A DNA stretch of 64,000 nucleotides from a virus, in IMG/VR virus record IMGVR_UViG_3300010373_000007, positions 4,792-68,791 of that record. The stretch is one strand, 5' to 3'. The translations under genes and the position numbers were made by a program. The notes under the pieces are model-generated. The model searched no databases. It saw only the letters and a program-made list of their open reading frames with translations, and was not told where the DNA came from. Shown here in pieces: positions 52,473 through 60,005 of the stretch; the stretch's first letter is position 1; each line of letters opens with the position of its first letter.

Positions 52473-52953
52473 CGCGTGCCTTCCGTTCGGCGTCCAAGCT
52501 CACGGTCTCCCGTTGGTCGGCGATCAGCTCGTCGAACTCGGGTCGGTGCTGCTCCACGAGCTTCGCGATCGCAAAGAGCTGGCGCGCGAGGTCCCTCGTC
52601 CGCTCCGCCCGCTTACCGCCGCCGTAGCCGTCGCCGACGGAATGGATCCGGTGGCCCCAGGCCCCGCCGCCCGATGAGATCTCGCGCTCCATCGCTGAGA
52701 TCGGGTTCTCCTCCCAGGTGTTCGGGTAGCGCTTCAGCGTGTCGTAGCAGGTCAGGCACGTCGTCATCGCGGTCCGACGCTCGCCGAGCTTCTTCAGGCG
52801 GGCGTTGAACTCGTCGCGCGTCAGTGCCGACAGGCGGAGGTTGTCGAGCGGGAGGCCGCATTGGGTCAGGTCAGCCGTATTCCAAGGAAGGGAGATCCGC
52901 TTGATGTGCTGGATCGTCACGTCGTCTTCGTCCGCCGCTTCTTGGTCGCTCAT
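52438..52953 (-). CDS. Hypothetical protein
   Basis: 171 aa, acidic N-terminus. Confidence 0.55.
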   Translation of the reverse strand: MSDQEAADEDDVTIQHIKRISLPWNTADLTQCGLPLDNLRLSALTRDEFNARLKKLGERRTAMTTCLTCYDTLKRYPNTWEENPISAMEREISSGGGAWGHRIHSVGDGYGGGKRAERTRDLARQLFAIAKLVEQHRPEFDELIADQRETVSLDAERKARDVSSRRGPGRR

Positions 52954-53528
52954 ATCGTTCCCCCTGCGGCCCGCACGTCCCAGTGCGCCCGCCCGTCATC
53001 GGTGAGCCCGTCCCAGTAGTAGCTCGCGAACCGGACCAGCTTGGCGCGCAGCTCGCGCTGGCCGTCGCGCCCGAGAGCGACGTACCAGGGGGCCTTCCCG
53101 CCCTCCTTGCCGTCGATCGCCTTGTGGTGCTTCCGGCAGAGCGGCGCCGTCTTGTCGTCCGGCGCGCGCCGCCAGCCGCCGGTCCCGGTTGCGCCGCGAT
53201 CCCCGATGTGGGCGACCTCGATCCCGGACCAGTACGTCCCGCGACCGCAGGCCGTCGCAGCTTCGACCAGATGCGGCTCGATGTTCCCCGTCAGCGCAAT
53301 ATCCCGCAGGATGCACCAGAGGCTCGCGTAGAACGCCATCCGGCCGCGCTCCCTGGGCCGTCGCGCGTGCCTTGTCCCATCGGGGGCGACCGGCGGCGGG
53401 AGGGCGAGGGCGGCCTTGGCGGCGCGGCGGGAGGCCCTGGCGGCGATCTCGGCGCGGGGACGGCGGCGCGCGCGCAAGGGGCTCGGTTTCTTCTCCCGCT
53501 TGACCGGCTTCGGCTGGGGGCGGATCAA
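52950..53528 (-). CDS. DUF968/HNH-like nuclease candidate
   Basis: 192 aa, basic N-terminus. ...IEVAHIGDRGATGTGGWRRAPDDKTAPLCRKHHKAIDG fits the AH...G.K..D...PLC..HH pattern. Confidence 0.55.
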   Translation of the reverse strand: MIRPQPKPVKREKKPSPLRARRRPRAEIAARASRRAAKAALALPPPVAPDGTRHARRPRERGRMAFYASLWCILRDIALTGNIEPHLVEAATACGRGTYWSGIEVAHIGDRGATGTGGWRRAPDDKTAPLCRKHHKAIDGKEGGKAPWYVALGRDGQRELRAKLVRFASYYWDGLTDDGRAHWDVRAAGGTI

Positions 53529-53737
53529 GTGTCCTCCTCCGGGGCGGCCCAGGCGACCTGCGCATCCACGACCTCTTTTGCGCGCAGCCTAGCGGACGGA
53601 AACGTCCAGCCGCGCTTCGATAGGTAATTGACGACGGCAGCTCGGACGACGTCCTTGTGCTCACCCCGATCCAGCATGGCGCCCGCCAGGGTGCGCGTCG
53701 ACTTCCGCTCCCGGTCGTCGAGCTTTCGGAGGCCCAC
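53525..53737 (-). CDS. Hypothetical small protein
   Basis: 70 aa, GTG start. The frame stays open upstream, so the start is uncertain. Confidence 0.45.
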   Translation of the reverse strand: MGLRKLDDRERKSTRTLAGAMLDRGEHKDVVRAAVVNYLSKRGWTFPSARLRAKEVVDAQVAWAAPEEDT

Positions 53738-53954
53738 CAGGACACCGCCGCCGGCCAGTGGATCGCGCAGCGCGGACCTACGTTGCTCTGCTTCGCGGGC
53801 TGGTCGCAGAAGGCCCTGAGCGTGCCGCAGGTCAGCTTGGGCGGCGCCACCCGGGAAAATCGAAACTCGCCCGTGAATTCCCGGGAGCCGCGCTCGGCGT
53901 ACCAGCGCTCCAGCCCGGGGCCGACCGACGCCTTGTCGTCGTCGAAGCGGCTCA

Positions 53955-55709
53955 CTAGCTCATCTCCGCCTGGCCCGCGCCGCTCTGGTCCGCCCAGAAT
54001 GGGGTCTGGGTCCCGTCGAGAAGCTTGAACACCTTCCCCTCCTTGCCGGCGTCTACGATCCTACCGAGCGTGTAGTCCGAGTCGTAGCAGTTCTTTCGCA
54101 CGTCGAACTTCGTGAGCGCGACGAAGCGCGTGACGCTCATGTCGGTTCGGTTCTTGGCGGCCGCCATGTAGGTCCCCCACTTGAAGCTGTCTGGGCTGGA
54201 GACACCGAACGCGGGCGCTATCACAACCGCCTTCGTCGCCACGTTCCCGATGTCCTTCGCGCCCGAGAAGTCCTCCAGGTTCGGGATGATCGACTCCTTT
54301 GCGCGGTCGCTCTTTCGGAGGTGCGCCACCACGATCACGGGGACGCGCGCGCCGAGCGCGCAGGCGGCGAGCTTCTTCGCGAGCTTGCTCGCCGCTCGGA
54401 TCTCGTTGTCGCGCTCGTCCTCGCCCCCGACGTAGTGGAAGTGGTCGAGCACCACTAGGTCGGCCTCGTCCTGGATCGCCTCGAACTGCACCTGGAAGTC
54501 GTTCGAGGTGAACGAATCCTCCCGGTAGAACGTGCGGAGGTTCTCCAGCGCGGTCTCCATCTCCTGGTCGGCCTCGTCCTCGAACTGCCCCAGCACGCCG
54601 TCGAGGTCACCGCTCACCCAGTCCTGATATCGGATCGGCTTCGTCCCGATGCGCCGGTAGTACATGTTCGCGATCGCCTGGTACTTCATGCGGCGCTCGA
54701 TCTCGCGGTCCTCCGCCTCCAGCGCGAAGTAGAAAACCCGCTTGCCGCGCCGGCAGTTCGCCATCGACGTAATCGCCGCGAGTTGCGTCTTCCCCGTCCC
54801 CGACTTGGCCCCGTAGAGCACCACGTCTGTGCGGGTGATGCCGCCCAGGGCCTGGTCGAGGAACGGGACCCCGAACGTCATCCGATCCTTGCCCGCCGCT
54901 AGGCGCGCGGCGCGCTCGCCAGAGAGGCGCGATGTCGCCGGCTTGAACGTCTGCGGGATCTTCCCCGGCGCCGCCGCCACCAGCCGCTCAAGCTCGACGC
55001 GCGTCCCGCCCTTCGCGATCCAGTCGGAGACGTCCCCCTTCGCCGGCAGGCCCGGCAGTTCCACGACCTTCACCCAGGCGGCGATCCCGCCGAGCGCCTT
55101 CGCGACGATCGCGGCGTGGGCGGCGCCCGGTTGGTCGTTGTCCGGGAGGATCGCAACACCGCGCCCGCGCAGCGCCGCCGAGTAGTCGTCCCGCCACTTC
55201 CCCGCGCCTCCGACGTTCGTGGTCGCCAGGAGCCCGAGCCGCTCTAGGTTGTCGGCGTCCTTCTCGCCCTCGACGACGAACGCGATCCGGTCCTTCGGCG
55301 CCTTCGAGATCTCGGGGAGGTGGTACAGGACGCGGCGCGCGCCGTCCATGGTCCACTTCCAGCCGCCCCGCCCGTCCGGCTGCCGCTGCCGGAAGGTCTT
55401 CGGGACCATCCTCACGACCTCGTAGAGCAGCGCCCCCTTCTCGTCCTGGTAGGCGTAGCGCGCCGCCACGTCGTTCCCAGCCGAGTCGCGATCGGGGAAT
55501 AGGTCCGACATCGCCATCTCAAGGTCCTCGACGATGCTCTCCGTCTCGCATCCGGCATGGCAGTTCAGGAGCACCCGGCCGTCGTCCCCCTCCTTCACGC
55601 TCAGGCTCGCCTGGCGGTCGTCGTGGCTCGGGCACTTCGCCATCCAGGCCCGGGGCCCGACGCCCTTGACCCCTTCGAGGCGCGACACGAACTGGTCGGC
55701 TGGTTTCAT
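53955..55709 (-). CDS. Bifunctional primase-helicase (zinc finger + TOPRIM + DnaB/RecA-type NTPase)
   Basis: 584 aa. CPSHDD...CHAGC, TOPRIM VVEGEKDADNL...DNDQPG, Walker A GAKSGTGKT and Walker B LVVLDH. Confidence 0.9.
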   Translation of the reverse strand: MKPADQFVSRLEGVKGVGPRAWMAKCPSHDDRQASLSVKEGDDGRVLLNCHAGCETESIVEDLEMAMSDLFPDRDSAGNDVAARYAYQDEKGALLYEVVRMVPKTFRQRQPDGRGGWKWTMDGARRVLYHLPEISKAPKDRIAFVVEGEKDADNLERLGLLATTNVGGAGKWRDDYSAALRGRGVAILPDNDQPGAAHAAIVAKALGGIAAWVKVVELPGLPAKGDVSDWIAKGGTRVELERLVAAAPGKIPQTFKPATSRLSGERAARLAAGKDRMTFGVPFLDQALGGITRTDVVLYGAKSGTGKTQLAAITSMANCRRGKRVFYFALEAEDREIERRMKYQAIANMYYRRIGTKPIRYQDWVSGDLDGVLGQFEDEADQEMETALENLRTFYREDSFTSNDFQVQFEAIQDEADLVVLDHFHYVGGEDERDNEIRAASKLAKKLAACALGARVPVIVVAHLRKSDRAKESIIPNLEDFSGAKDIGNVATKAVVIAPAFGVSSPDSFKWGTYMAAAKNRTDMSVTRFVALTKFDVRKNCYDSDYTLGRIVDAGKEGKVFKLLDGTQTPFWADQSGAGQAEMS

Positions 55710-56440
55710 TTCCCACCCAAGTTACGCCCGAATAATCGCCGCTCGGCCTCTTCGAGGTCGCCGCCGGGCGCCGGCGCCGCGTGAACGCGCGCCTCGTTCG
55801 GGTCCTGGAGGTACCTCCCATCGCTGAGCCATGTGCGGACGTGCGGGTAGTGGAACCAATCGGCTTTCCACTCGGCCGACGCCTCCCAAAGCTTCCACGC
55901 GGCACCGAACCTGGGGCGGCCAGCCTTCTCCCAGAACGTGCACGCCTTGTCCTTCGACCCCGTCCTGGCGGTCTGGCTCCACTCGGCCTCGAACTCCGCG
56001 GGGTAGCTCGTTCGGGGGAGCGTCGGCGCGCGCCTAGATCTCTTCGTTGTAGGGATCTGGATCTCTCTCTGATCCGGTCGGATCAAGACCAGATCGAGTA
56101 CCCCGGATAGACCCCCCCCCAAAGCCCCCCCCCTTCCGGGGGAGGGCGCTATAGGTAGCGGGCTCCCGCGGGCCTGCCCGATACCTGTAGCGGGCGACCG
56201 AACCATCAGCCCGGCATTAGTAGCGGGCGGAATGACTTCACCCGCTATAGGTAGCGGGCTAGCGTTCTTTGGAATGGGGTCGCCCTTGCGCCAGATCGAC
56301 CCCGCGCGGACCGCCTGGTCGCTGGTCCAGCGGCTCTCGCACGCCTCGCAGACGTGGCGCCGCACGGGGGCCTTTCCAGGGACCGTTCGGATGGTCCCAG
56401 TGCGGTCGCTCCCGCAGACCGGGCAGGTCATTTGGTCCAT
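55706..56440 (-). CDS. Zinc-ribbon replication-initiator-like protein
   Basis: ATG 56440, 244 aa. CPVCGS...CEAC. C-terminal FEAEW...FWEKAG...AWKLW...YPHVRTWLSDGRYLQD resembles a common phage replication-module domain. Iterons lie inside the gene. Confidence 0.55.
   Translation of the reverse strand: MDQMTCPVCGSDRTGTIRTVPGKAPVRRHVCEACESRWTSDQAVRAGSIWRKGDPIPKNASPLPIAGEVIPPATNAGLMVRSPATGIGQARGSPLPIAPSPGRGGALGGGLSGVLDLVLIRPDQREIQIPTTKRSRRAPTLPRTSYPAEFEAEWSQTARTGSKDKACTFWEKAGRPRFGAAWKLWEASAEWKADWFHYPHVRTWLSDGRYLQDPNEARVHAAPAPGGDLEEAERRLFGRNLGGK
55719..55728 (-). promoter_or_regulatory. GGCGTAACTT box
   Basis: 12 nt before primase-helicase ATG 55709. Lies inside the 3' end of the initiator-like gene. 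Confidence 0.3.
56037..56095. repeat. Cluster of six GATC sites
   Basis: GATC at 56037, 56054, 56060, 56071, 56081 and 56092, all within 59 nt. Confidence 0.7.
56112..56133. repeat. Two C9 (coding-strand G9) homopolymer tracts 4 nt apart
   Basis: C9 at 56112-56120 and at 56125-56133. They encode GRGGALGGGL. Confidence 0.8.
56147..56260. repeat. Four in-phase iterons (core GTAGCGGGC)
   Basis: Cores at 56155, 56187, 56220 and 56251, spaced 32, 33 and 31 nt. The outer two share an 18-mer, CGCTATAGGTAGCGGGCT. Confidence 0.75.
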
Positions 56441-56850
56441 GGCCCGACGTTCGGGGCGTGGTCGATGGCGCAACCGAATCCGGCGATCTCCATCGGCGAC
56501 ATGACGGCCCAGTCGCCGTCGTCGTGGTCCGGATCCTCCGCCGCAAGGGCGCTCACGACTCCAATCACGAAGTCGATGTTCGCGGCGTCGAGCGTGCTCA
56601 AGAGGACCTTCAGCCGGTCGATCTTCTTGGTCACCAGGCCGTGGCAGTCCTCGCAGACCGTCGCGAGCTGTTCGTCTCCGTACTCCCAGGGAGCCAGGTC
56701 CCGCAGGTAGAAGTTGTGGTGGACGTTCAGCGTCTTGTCGGTGGCTCGACAGAGCCGACACGCGAATCCGTCCCGCTGCATGATCTCCAGCCGCTTCCGC
56801 TGCCAGCGAGGATCCTTCAGGAGCGCGGCGTAGGCGTTACGCGATGCCAT
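56428..56850 (-). CDS. HNH endonuclease
   Basis: 140 aa. DPRWQRKRLEIMQRDGFACRLC...LNVHHNFY...PWEY...VCEDCH. Confidence 0.7.
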   Translation of the reverse strand: MASRNAYAALLKDPRWQRKRLEIMQRDGFACRLCRATDKTLNVHHNFYLRDLAPWEYGDEQLATVCEDCHGLVTKKIDRLKVLLSTLDAANIDFVIGVVSALAAEDPDHDDGDWAVMSPMEIAGFGCAIDHAPNVGPWTK

Positions 56851-57007
56851 CGCGGTTCCCGTCCGGCGCCAGCGACTCCCACGCGCGGTCGATGAGCCGA
56901 TCCAGCTCCTCGACGCGGGCGCTGCGCTCGGGGGTGAACTCCTCGCCGACGATCGCGTCTCGCTCGGCCTCCCAGGCGCAGATCCGGTCCCGAATGTCGT
57001 CGGGCAT
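56837..57007 (-). CDS. Small hypothetical protein (56 aa, below track cutoff)
   Basis: ATG 57007 preceded by GGAGG. MPDDIRDRICAWEAERDAIVGEEF... with high GC3. Confidence 0.4.
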   Translation of the reverse strand: MPDDIRDRICAWEAERDAIVGEEFTPERSARVEELDRLIDRAWESLAPDGNRDGIA

Positions 57008-57025
57008 CTCAGCCTCCGAACGCGA

Positions 57026-57113
57026 GAAAGCCGCTCTGCGGACCCCGCCCCGTCCGATTCACGATCGCTTGCTGAGGGCGACGGGATAGGACGAGGACCG
57101 CAGAACGGCTTTC
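57026..57113. repeat. 19-nt inverted repeat with 50-nt spacer
   Basis: GAAAGCCGCTCTGCGGACC (57026-57044) pairs with GGACCGCAGAACGGCTTTC (57095-57113); 17 of 19 positions are complementary. Confidence 0.65.
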
Positions 57114-57152
57114 AGGCGTGATCATGAGTTGTCGGCACCCTCAGCGTCAAGG

Positions 57153-57162
57153 ACGTTACGCC
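57153..57162 (-). promoter_or_regulatory. GGCGTAACGT box
   Basis: In the 178-nt gap. Sits 30 nt from the next box, in direct orientation. Confidence 0.35.
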
Positions 57163-57182
57163 GGACGAGCCACGAGGTCTAG

Positions 57183-57192
57183 GACTTACGCC
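57183..57192 (-). promoter_or_regulatory. GGCGTAAGTC box
   Basis: Its TAA is the stop of 57186..57389. Confidence 0.35.
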
Positions 57193-57389
57193 CGACCGCC
57201 CCCGCTGGCGCCCTTGGCGGCCTCCAGGAGGCAGCTCCGGCAGATGGCGAATCGGTGGAGGATCACGCAGTTGGACGGCTGCTCCACGAGGAGCTTCGCC
57301 GCCACGCGGACCCGGTAGGTGTTGCAGACGTCGCAGCTCTGCCCCTCCCGCTTGCTGTGGCGGCGGGAGAGGAGCAGCAGGCGCGCCAT
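57186..57389 (-). CDS. Small zinc-ribbon protein
   Basis: ATG 57389 in a TGATG overlap, 67 aa. CDVC...CRSC. Confidence 0.5.
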   Translation of the reverse strand: MARLLLLSRRHSKREGQSCDVCNTYRVRVAAKLLVEQPSNCVILHRFAICRSCLLEAAKGASGGGRA

Positions 57390-57841
57390 CAGCCGCCGAA
57401 CGGGTCGGACCCGCCCCCCATGGGATCGCCGTCGTCGTCGCCAGGCGTGCGCTCCCGCTTGAACGGGTCGTCGGTGGTGCCGGCCGCGGGCTCCGTGGGC
57501 TTCTCGGCGGGCTTGCGGCTCGACCCCTCGACCTCGAATTTGGCGGGGCGCAGGGCGGGGATCCAGACCTCGTAGCCGTCGACCTTGACGTCGTTCCGGC
57601 TCTTGTCCTGGAGCTTCTCGCTCTCGATCTTCCCCGTGAACTGGACCCGCTGCCCCACGCGGAGGTCGCGCTGCATGTCCCCGATCAAGATCCGATCGAA
57701 GCACTTCATGTCCAATTCCGGTGGGTGCGGCGGCGAGTTCACCTTCAGCCTGACGGCGGCGAACTTCCCCGTGGGGGAGATGAACAGCCGCTTGATGGTC
57801 CCGACGATCCGGAAGCCGGCCCCCTCCTGCCAGGAGGCCAT
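57389..57841 (-). CDS. SSB-like OB-fold protein with acidic/DPF tail
   Basis: ATG 57841 in a TGATG overlap, 150 aa. Beta-rich core and a C-terminal ...GDDDGDPMGGGSDPFGG. The upstream 440 aa of the track ORF are shadow. Confidence 0.55.
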   Translation of the reverse strand: MASWQEGAGFRIVGTIKRLFISPTGKFAAVRLKVNSPPHPPELDMKCFDRILIGDMQRDLRVGQRVQFTGKIESEKLQDKSRNDVKVDGYEVWIPALRPAKFEVEGSSRKPAEKPTEPAAGTTDDPFKRERTPGDDDGDPMGGGSDPFGG

Positions 57842-59475
57842 CAGGCTTCGTCCCCGCCCAGCTCGGCCAGGCTGTAGAGGCCCATCGCGCGGCCAGGGTA
57901 GACGCGGCGGGCGAGCTGCGACGAGCAAGTCTTGTCGAGGAGTTCGGGGCGCCGCTTGTCCCAGTTGTTGCGCCGGTCCTTGTCGGGTTTCCCCGTCTTC
58001 GGGTCGATCGTCCAGTCGCGCGGGACGATCTCCAACTGGCAGAGGCCGGCGTTGACCGCGTCCTCGATGGTGTAGGTGTGGAAGATCGGCTCGGAGATCC
58101 CGCGGTGCTTCGTCCCCCATCGGGCGACCTTGTTCTTGTCGTCGCCCTCGGCCGGACACGGCAGGAACCATTCGCAATTGGGGTCGCTCTGGGCCAGGTG
58201 GCGGATCAGGTGGGCGTGGAGGGCCAGCTTCTCCTCGAAGTAGTGGAAGCAGTCGAGCGCCGCCAGGGCCGGAATCCCCAACTCCCGCCCGCGCGTGATG
58301 ACGGCGTACAGCGCCTCCTCCGTGGGGAACTTCCCGTAGAGGCCGGACTTCCACAGAACTCCAGCCATGTTGCGCGCCTGGCTGGCATTGACGGGCTCCA
58401 GGGCCAGCTCGAAGCGGGGCGCGATGACCTCCGGGACCACCACCGCCAGCGCGGTCGACTTGGCCGGCGCGGGCGCAGCGGGGGGCGTCGCAGCCGGAAC
58501 TGCCGCCTGCGGGGCGATCGGCGCCGGCGTGGGGGATTCTGCCCCGGCGGCCTTCGGCGTCTCCTGAGCGCTCCCAGGCGCTCCGTCGCCCTCTTGCGTT
58601 AACTCGTTCGTCGCGGTCATCTCGTCCTCCTGCGGTGGTTGGTCGGGTTGCCGCCGGCGCTCCCGCGGGCGGTAGATCTCCTCGAAGTCGATCGGGGCGT
58701 CGAAGCGCAGCTCCACCAGCTTGCGGGCCAGGCGGATGTCGGCCTCGTTGGCGGCGATGGCGGCGGCGAGCTTGGCGGCGCTCCGGATGCCCGAGATCTG
58801 CCCGGCGACGCCCGCCCGGCACCCCTCGAACAGGTGGCCCAGGCCCGGATAAGCCATCAGGAACCCGGTTGCCGATTTGGGGCCGACGCCGGGCGCACCC
58901 CGGATGTTGTCGGAGCTGTCGCCCACCAGTGCCAGCCAGTCGCCTAGGAGGTAGGGCGGGATCCCGAACTCGGCCATCACCTCGGCCTTCCCCCATGGGT
59001 CCGCGTAGCTGGAGCCGATGTGCGGGCGAATAACCCGCACGCCGTCCGTCGCCACCAGCTGGAGGAGGTCCTTGTCGGACGAGGCGATCCGGACAGGGTG
59101 GCCGGCGGCAACCGCCTTCTGGGTCGCGGTGGCGATGATGTCGTCCGCCTCGAAGCCGTCTACCCCCCATGTCGTGAATCCCTCATCGGCTAGCATCCGC
59201 TCCGTCTTGCGCAGCTCGTCGACCGCCTGGAGGTCTTTCTCCGGCCGGGTGGCCTTGTAGGTGTCGGCGATGTCCTTCCGGAACGAGCGGCCGCGGTCCA
59301 GGCAGATCGCGACCGGCGCCTGGAAGCCGCACCCCTCCATGCAGCGGCGAATCAGGGCTAGGGTGTTGTCGCGCGCCTTGAGGGTCTCGCCGTTCGACAT
59401 CCACGACCGCCAGAAAAGGCCGGAGAGGTCGACGAGGAGCACTTCCTGTTTTGGCTGCTCGGATGAGGCGGTCAT
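57841..59475 (-). CDS. Fusion of 5'-3' (FEN/53EXO) exonuclease and RecT-like annealing domain
   Basis: N-terminus LLVDLSGLFWR, GFEADDIIA, SSDKDLLQLV and GAPGVGPKSA (H3TH). Then a Pro/Ala/Gln linker. C-terminus ...ITRGRELGIPALAALDCFHYFEEKLALHAHL...NWDKRRPELLDKTCSSQLARRVYP... is RecT-like. Confidence 0.75.
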   Translation of the reverse strand: MTASSEQPKQEVLLVDLSGLFWRSWMSNGETLKARDNTLALIRRCMEGCGFQAPVAICLDRGRSFRKDIADTYKATRPEKDLQAVDELRKTERMLADEGFTTWGVDGFEADDIIATATQKAVAAGHPVRIASSDKDLLQLVATDGVRVIRPHIGSSYADPWGKAEVMAEFGIPPYLLGDWLALVGDSSDNIRGAPGVGPKSATGFLMAYPGLGHLFEGCRAGVAGQISGIRSAAKLAAAIAANEADIRLARKLVELRFDAPIDFEEIYRPRERRRQPDQPPQEDEMTATNELTQEGDGAPGSAQETPKAAGAESPTPAPIAPQAAVPAATPPAAPAPAKSTALAVVVPEVIAPRFELALEPVNASQARNMAGVLWKSGLYGKFPTEEALYAVITRGRELGIPALAALDCFHYFEEKLALHAHLIRHLAQSDPNCEWFLPCPAEGDDKNKVARWGTKHRGISEPIFHTYTIEDAVNAGLCQLEIVPRDWTIDPKTGKPDKDRRNNWDKRRPELLDKTCSSQLARRVYPGRAMGLYSLAELGGDEA

Positions 59476-59705
59476 CGCGGGCCTCCCTTCGCGCGCGCGG
59501 CGTGCCTCTCCTGGACCTCATCCCAGGCCGCCGCCGCCTCGGCCAGGAACCCCCCGCGGGTCATCTTCTTCGACTCGCAACCCGTGGCCGCCTGCCAGAG
59601 ATAGGCGCGGACTACGTTCATCACCTTGAATTCGAGGGCGGCGAAGTCATGGTTCAACTCCATCAGCATGATGAACGCCGCGATCGTTTCCTTGCTCGCC
59701 GTCAT
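59472..59705 (-). CDS. Hypothetical small protein
   Basis: 77 aa. Confidence 0.45.
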   Translation of the reverse strand: MTASKETIAAFIMLMELNHDFAALEFKVMNVVRAYLWQAATGCESKKMTRGGFLAEAAAAWDEVQERHAARAKGGPR

Positions 59706-59989
59706 GGCCGGTACCCCAGAGGGCGGCCCGTCCGCTTCCGGCGGGACTGCTTGGCGGCGAGCCTCACGCTCTCCCGAAGGAACCAGCGGTTGGCCGCCTC
59801 CCGGCGGGTGAGCGGCGTCCTGGCGACGTCCACCCCGGGCGGGATGGGGAGCTGGCCCTTCCGCGCCCAGAGGTAGAGCGTCACCACGGCGATCTTGTGC
59901 TTGGCGGCGAGTGCCTGGGCGGTCGCGTAGCCCTGGATCGCCATGTCTCGGATCAGCGCGCGCGGGGGCGCGCCTCCACGTGTGTTCAT
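59702..59989 (-). CDS. Small HTH DNA-binding protein
   Basis: 95 aa. ...GYATAQALAAKHKIAVVTLYLWARKG.... Basic tail. Start follows a GGCGTAATCT box by 9 nt. Confidence 0.55.
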   Translation of the reverse strand: MNTRGGAPPRALIRDMAIQGYATAQALAAKHKIAVVTLYLWARKGQLPIPPGVDVARTPLTRREAANRWFLRESVRLAAKQSRRKRTGRPLGYRP

Positions 59990-59995
59990 TCAGGG

Positions 59996-60005
59996 AGATT
60001 ACGCC
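59996..60005 (-). promoter_or_regulatory. GGCGTAATCT box
   Basis: Its TAA is the stop of the sigma-like gene. GGCGTAATCTCCCTGA-ATG(59989). No SD. Confidence 0.45.

Noticed and set aside
57842-59170. N-terminal ~440 aa of track ORF 57389..59170
   Set aside because: Arg/Gly/Pro/Asp low-complexity sequence lying out of frame over the FEN-RecT gene. Only the last 150 codons (SSB-like, from ATG 57841) look like real protein.
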